Assembly (NCBI GenBank): GCA_030141605.1
Contig: JAQGDQ010002451.1
Span: forward strand, 1-31,145
Reading direction: 5' to 3'
Length of the DNA: 31,145 nucleotides
Source: Tubiluchus corallicola
Lineage: Eukaryota; Animalia; Priapulida
The first letter of the stretch is position 1; the number at the start of each line of letters is the position of its first letter. A program made the translations under genes and the position numbers. Shown here one piece after another: positions 28,034-31,145 of the stretch. The notes beneath the pieces are model-generated. The model made no database searches. It was not told the origin of the DNA and was given only the letters and a program-made list of their open reading frames with translations.

Positions 28034-29698
28034 CTAACTGATAGGATGTAATAATTCTATTGCATTGGAAAGCGATGCTTGTGTAATTTCTTCTCCACTC
28101 AACATTTGGGCTATTTCTTTTATTCTCTGCTCTTGGGAAAGCTTTTCTATATGAGTATAAGTTTTGTTATTGTGATCCTTTTTGTATACTCTGTACTGCT
28201 GTTGTCCTTGGCTGGCTATTTGAGGTAGATGAGTAATAGCTATTGTTTGTATGTTTTGTGCCATCTGGTGCATTATTTGTGCCATTTTGTGCGCTATTTC
28301 TCCTGATGTTCCTGTATCTATTTCATCGAATATGATAGTAGGCAAATTCTCAGTCTGTGCCACAAGTGCTTTAATAGTAAGCATTAGTCGTGATATTTCA
28401 CCTCCTGAAGCTACTTTATTAATAACTTGTGGAGCAGTGTTTTTATTGGCTGTAAAAAGATAGTTGATATTATCTATTCCGTTTTTGGTAAGTTCTGTAG
28501 TAAATGAATTTTCTATCTTAAAATTGGCATTAGGTATACCAAGTTGTTGCAGTTGTTGATTGATATGTTGTTCTATTTTAGGAATGGCTTTTTGTCTATT
28601 TTGAGATATTTGTGCGGCAATTTGTTGCAATTTGTTTTCTTGTTGTTCTATTTTTTGCTTTAATTGTTGTATCTCTTCATCAGAGGTGTCAATATTTTGT
28701 AGTTTCTTTTCTAATTTTTCTTGTGTATTAATAAGCCCTTGCAAAGTAGTAGTTTTATGTTTTTGATGTAGAGAATTAAAATGATCTAAACGTTCTGTAA
28801 GTTGTTGTAATTTTTCAGGATTGTACTCTATACTGCTGTTCATTTTTTCTATTTCTTGCTGAATATCCTGCAGTTCATAATATGCAGAGGCAGTTCTTTT
28901 GTGCAACGGAGATATGCTAGAATAGTATTGTTGAGCTCGTTCAAGGGTTTTCAAAGCTCGTTTTAAGCCATCGAGTACAGGGTTTTCTTGTGTAGAAAGC
29001 AATTGGAGTATTTCGTTAAAGTTGGTTTTAGTTTCTTCTATATGGCTGTATTCTTGTATTTTTTGCTCTATTTCTTCCTGTTCGTTAGGATTTTGCAAAT
29101 TAGTTTCCTTTAACTCATTATATAGGTGTTGGTAGTACTCAGTGTTAATTCTTATTTTTTCTATTTCTTCTATTTTTTTATCTAGATTTGCTTTAAGCTT
29201 TATAAATTGGCTGTACTGTTGTTGATATTGTATAGCAATTTGTTTTTGTTTAGCATAAGTGTCTATGATGAGGTATTGAAAGGTAGTATTGTTGAGTAAT
29301 AAATTTTGATGCTGTGAATGTATATCTACAAGACATTCTCCTACAATCCTTAGGGTTTTTAAACTAGTAGGTGTATCGTTGATAAAAGCTCTCGTTTTTC
29401 CATTAGGAATAATTTCTCTACGTAGAGTAGTTTGATGCTCGTAGTCAAGGTCTTCTTGTTGAAATAACTTCTGTAGGTTATATTTTTCTATGCAAAAATT
29501 CCCTTCTATAATACATTTTTTCTTTTTATCAAAAAGAGCATTGACATCAGCCCTTTGCCCAAGAATAAGGGATAATGCTCCAAGTAAAATTGACTTACCT
29601 GCTCCTGTTTCTCCTGTGATAGTTGTGAGATGTGGATAGAAATCTATTTCTAAGTTATCTATGAGGATATAATTATGAATAGTGAGGTGTTGCAACAT
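28034..29698 (-). CDS. recN: DNA repair protein RecN
   Basis: Walker A TGETGAGKS, DIHSQH, long coiled coil, ASGGEISR, IIFDEIDTG and ITHLPQIA. Confidence 0.97.
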   Translation of the reverse strand: MLQHLTIHNYILIDNLEIDFYPHLTTITGETGAGKSILLGALSLILGQRADVNALFDKKKKCIIEGNFCIEKYNLQKLFQQEDLDYEHQTTLRREIIPNGKTRAFINDTPTSLKTLRIVGECLVDIHSQHQNLLLNNTTFQYLIIDTYAKQKQIAIQYQQQYSQFIKLKANLDKKIEEIEKIRINTEYYQHLYNELKETNLQNPNEQEEIEQKIQEYSHIEETKTNFNEILQLLSTQENPVLDGLKRALKTLERAQQYYSSISPLHKRTASAYYELQDIQQEIEKMNSSIEYNPEKLQQLTERLDHFNSLHQKHKTTTLQGLINTQEKLEKKLQNIDTSDEEIQQLKQKIEQQENKLQQIAAQISQNRQKAIPKIEQHINQQLQQLGIPNANFKIENSFTTELTKNGIDNINYLFTANKNTAPQVINKVASGGEISRLMLTIKALVAQTENLPTIIFDEIDTGTSGEIAHKMAQIMHQMAQNIQTIAITHLPQIASQGQQQYRVYKKDHNNKTYTHIEKLSQEQRIKEIAQMLSGEEITQASLSNAIELLHPIS

Positions 29699-29706
29699 TT
29701 GCTCTT

Positions 29707-30612
29707 CTAATTCTTTTTGAGTGTTCGGTATTTTCTAATATTCGCAGGGTCTATTTTCGCGAGTATATTGTATAGTCTTTCTTTGGTTTGGGGTGTTTCG
29801 TTTGTAAATATATTGATTATTTCATCTACTTTGGCAATAAAAAATTGTTTGAGGAGATGTGTTCCTGCTTGGTATTCGTGTATTTTTTCTAAGTCTAATA
29901 AAGTTTCTTCTATATTGTTTATACTTTGTGTTTTATTTTGTGTCATTTGGTCTAAACCTGTTCTATGGTAGGTATAAAGTGTTTGTCTTAAATTTTGAAA
30001 CCTGGGGTTGAGTAGGTTTTCTATAAGCCAGTATCTGTTCGCTGTCCCATCTATAGCCTGCCAGCCTTGTGATTGTGCCTCTTTTGCAAGGATAGTTATT
30101 TGATTGGCTTTTTCATAATAGGGAGCTCCTCCGTTGAGGGAATATGTATCATAGTCCAAACCTATAATAATATAGGTATAAAAAGCAAGTACGGAGATAA
30201 GATTGGAAGTATATATTTGCTCATTAAATTCTATAGGTTGGAATTCTACGTAGGTAAAATTAAAGTCTCCATCTTTTATATTAATGATAGGAGTGCTGTA
30301 ATTAGTGTTATAAATGGGGCGAGAAGATTGTACTTGTATGGAAGCATTAAAAGCATCTGTTCCTATTCTATTAGAAATAGTAATAGTAAAATTACACTCT
30401 ATTTTTTCGTTTTCTTGATAGATGTGGGTAGTCCATACTGTATTATTCAGAAATTGATTGATAGCTTGCTGCATAGTATTAAATACTTGCTTGTCACTTC
30501 CTTCTATTTGGTTAGTTATTACATTTACTTGACATCGTAGTTCTTGGCTATGTGTGATTTGAATTGTGAATGTAAATAATAATAGGGTTGTTATAAATAT
30601 TATTGTTTTCAT
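29707..30612 (-). CDS. DUF4835 family exported protein (often annotated as T9SS PorD)
   Basis: Signal peptide then QELRCQVNV; QVQSSRPIYN, AFYTYIIIGLDYDTY, NRYWLIEN and YTYHRTGLD motifs; coaBC-DUF4835-recN order; ATGA overlap with coaBC. Confidence 0.85.
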   Translation of the reverse strand: MKTIIFITTLLLFTFTIQITHSQELRCQVNVITNQIEGSDKQVFNTMQQAINQFLNNTVWTTHIYQENEKIECNFTITISNRIGTDAFNASIQVQSSRPIYNTNYSTPIINIKDGDFNFTYVEFQPIEFNEQIYTSNLISVLAFYTYIIIGLDYDTYSLNGGAPYYEKANQITILAKEAQSQGWQAIDGTANRYWLIENLLNPRFQNLRQTLYTYHRTGLDQMTQNKTQSINNIEETLLDLEKIHEYQAGTHLLKQFFIAKVDEIINIFTNETPQTKERLYNILAKIDPANIRKYRTLKKN

Positions 30613-31145
30613 TCTTTTATTGTTTTGGTTGTCTGGATTATTTTTTCTACAATTGTTTCTGCTATTTGTGCCTTATGCTGTAGGGGTGTTTTTTCTGTGT
30701 TGTTATATTTATCTATGATTGTTACTTGATTAGTATCGTGGAAAAAGCCTGCTCCTTTATCGTTTAGAGAATTAAGTATAATTAAGTCCAAATTTTTATT
30801 TTTGAGTTTTTGAGTAGCATTCTGTATTTCGTACTCTGTTTCTAAAGCAAAACCTAATGTTATTTGTTGAGCTGTTTTTATCCTTCCCATTTCTGCTGCT
30901 ATGTCTTTGGTTGGTTTTAATTGTATTGTAAGGTTTTGATTTTTTATTTTGATTTTTTGCTTTTGTGTATCTGTGGGTGTAAAATCTGCTACCGCTGCTG
31001 TGAATATAGCTCCATCAGTTTTAGGAAATAGTTTTCGGGTGGCTTGATACATTTGGGATGCAGTAATTACTTGGGTAGTGAGTATGTTTGGGTGGTGAGC
31101 AACTTGGTGGGTATGTCCTGTTATTAGGTGTACAGTTGCTCCTTG
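30609..31145 (-). CDS. coaBC: Bifunctional CoaBC, C-terminal phosphopantothenate--cysteine ligase part; 5' end lies outside the window
   Basis: Frame is open from 31145 (QGATVHLITG...); AAVADF, GFALET, KNLDLIILN and GAGFFHDTNQVTI motifs. Confidence 0.93.
   Translation of the reverse strand, partial: QGATVHLITGHTHQVAHHPNILTTQVITASQMYQATRKLFPKTDGAIFTAAVADFTPTDTQKQKIKIKNQNLTIQLKPTKDIAAEMGRIKTAQQITLGFALETEYEIQNATQKLKNKNLDLIILNSLNDKGAGFFHDTNQVTIIDKYNNTEKTPLQHKAQIAETIVEKIIQTTKTIKE

Noticed and set aside
927-30540. Many short ORFs antisense or out of frame within tamB, lspA, ileS, the porin gene, pheT, PUL genes, recN and DUF4835
   Set aside because: Nested in well-supported genes and carry no recognisable motifs.
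1-31145. CRISPR array, rRNA or defence system
   Set aside because: No regularly spaced repeats, rRNA-like sequence or defence genes were recognised. The ARH gene has no adjacent ADP-ribosyltransferase toxin, so a toxin-antitoxin reading is unsupported.

Overview
AT-rich chromosomal window from a Bacteroidota organism, probably Bacteroidales-like, judged from TAnnTTTG promoters, a SusC/SusD pair, and the ileS-dksA-lspA and coaBC-DUF4835-recN gene orders. The left part is housekeeping: the 3' end of tamB, lspA, a DksA/TraR gene, a type 2 ileS, a putative porin, pheT and a rhodanese. The centre (11.1-23.7 kb) is a compact polysaccharide utilisation locus (PUL): Y_Y_Y/LuxR transmembrane regulator, SusC, SusD, GH5, an apparently exported ADP-ribosylglycohydrolase-fold protein, and GH3. 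Phased direct repeats sit upstream of susC. After tRNA-Leu(CAA) is a decayed accessory patch (24-28 kb) with a truncated GT-C glycosyltransferase, a frameshifted Ig-like lipoprotein, a phage tail-collar-like remnant, an intact GT87-like gene and a degenerate Mu-like transposase fragment. The right end is recN, DUF4835 and the 3' part of coaBC. The most interesting candidate is the ARH-fold enzyme inside a beta-glucan-type PUL, which may be an undescribed glycosidase. Strand compositional skew also reverses across the window. All family calls come from motif recognition by eye; no database searches were run.
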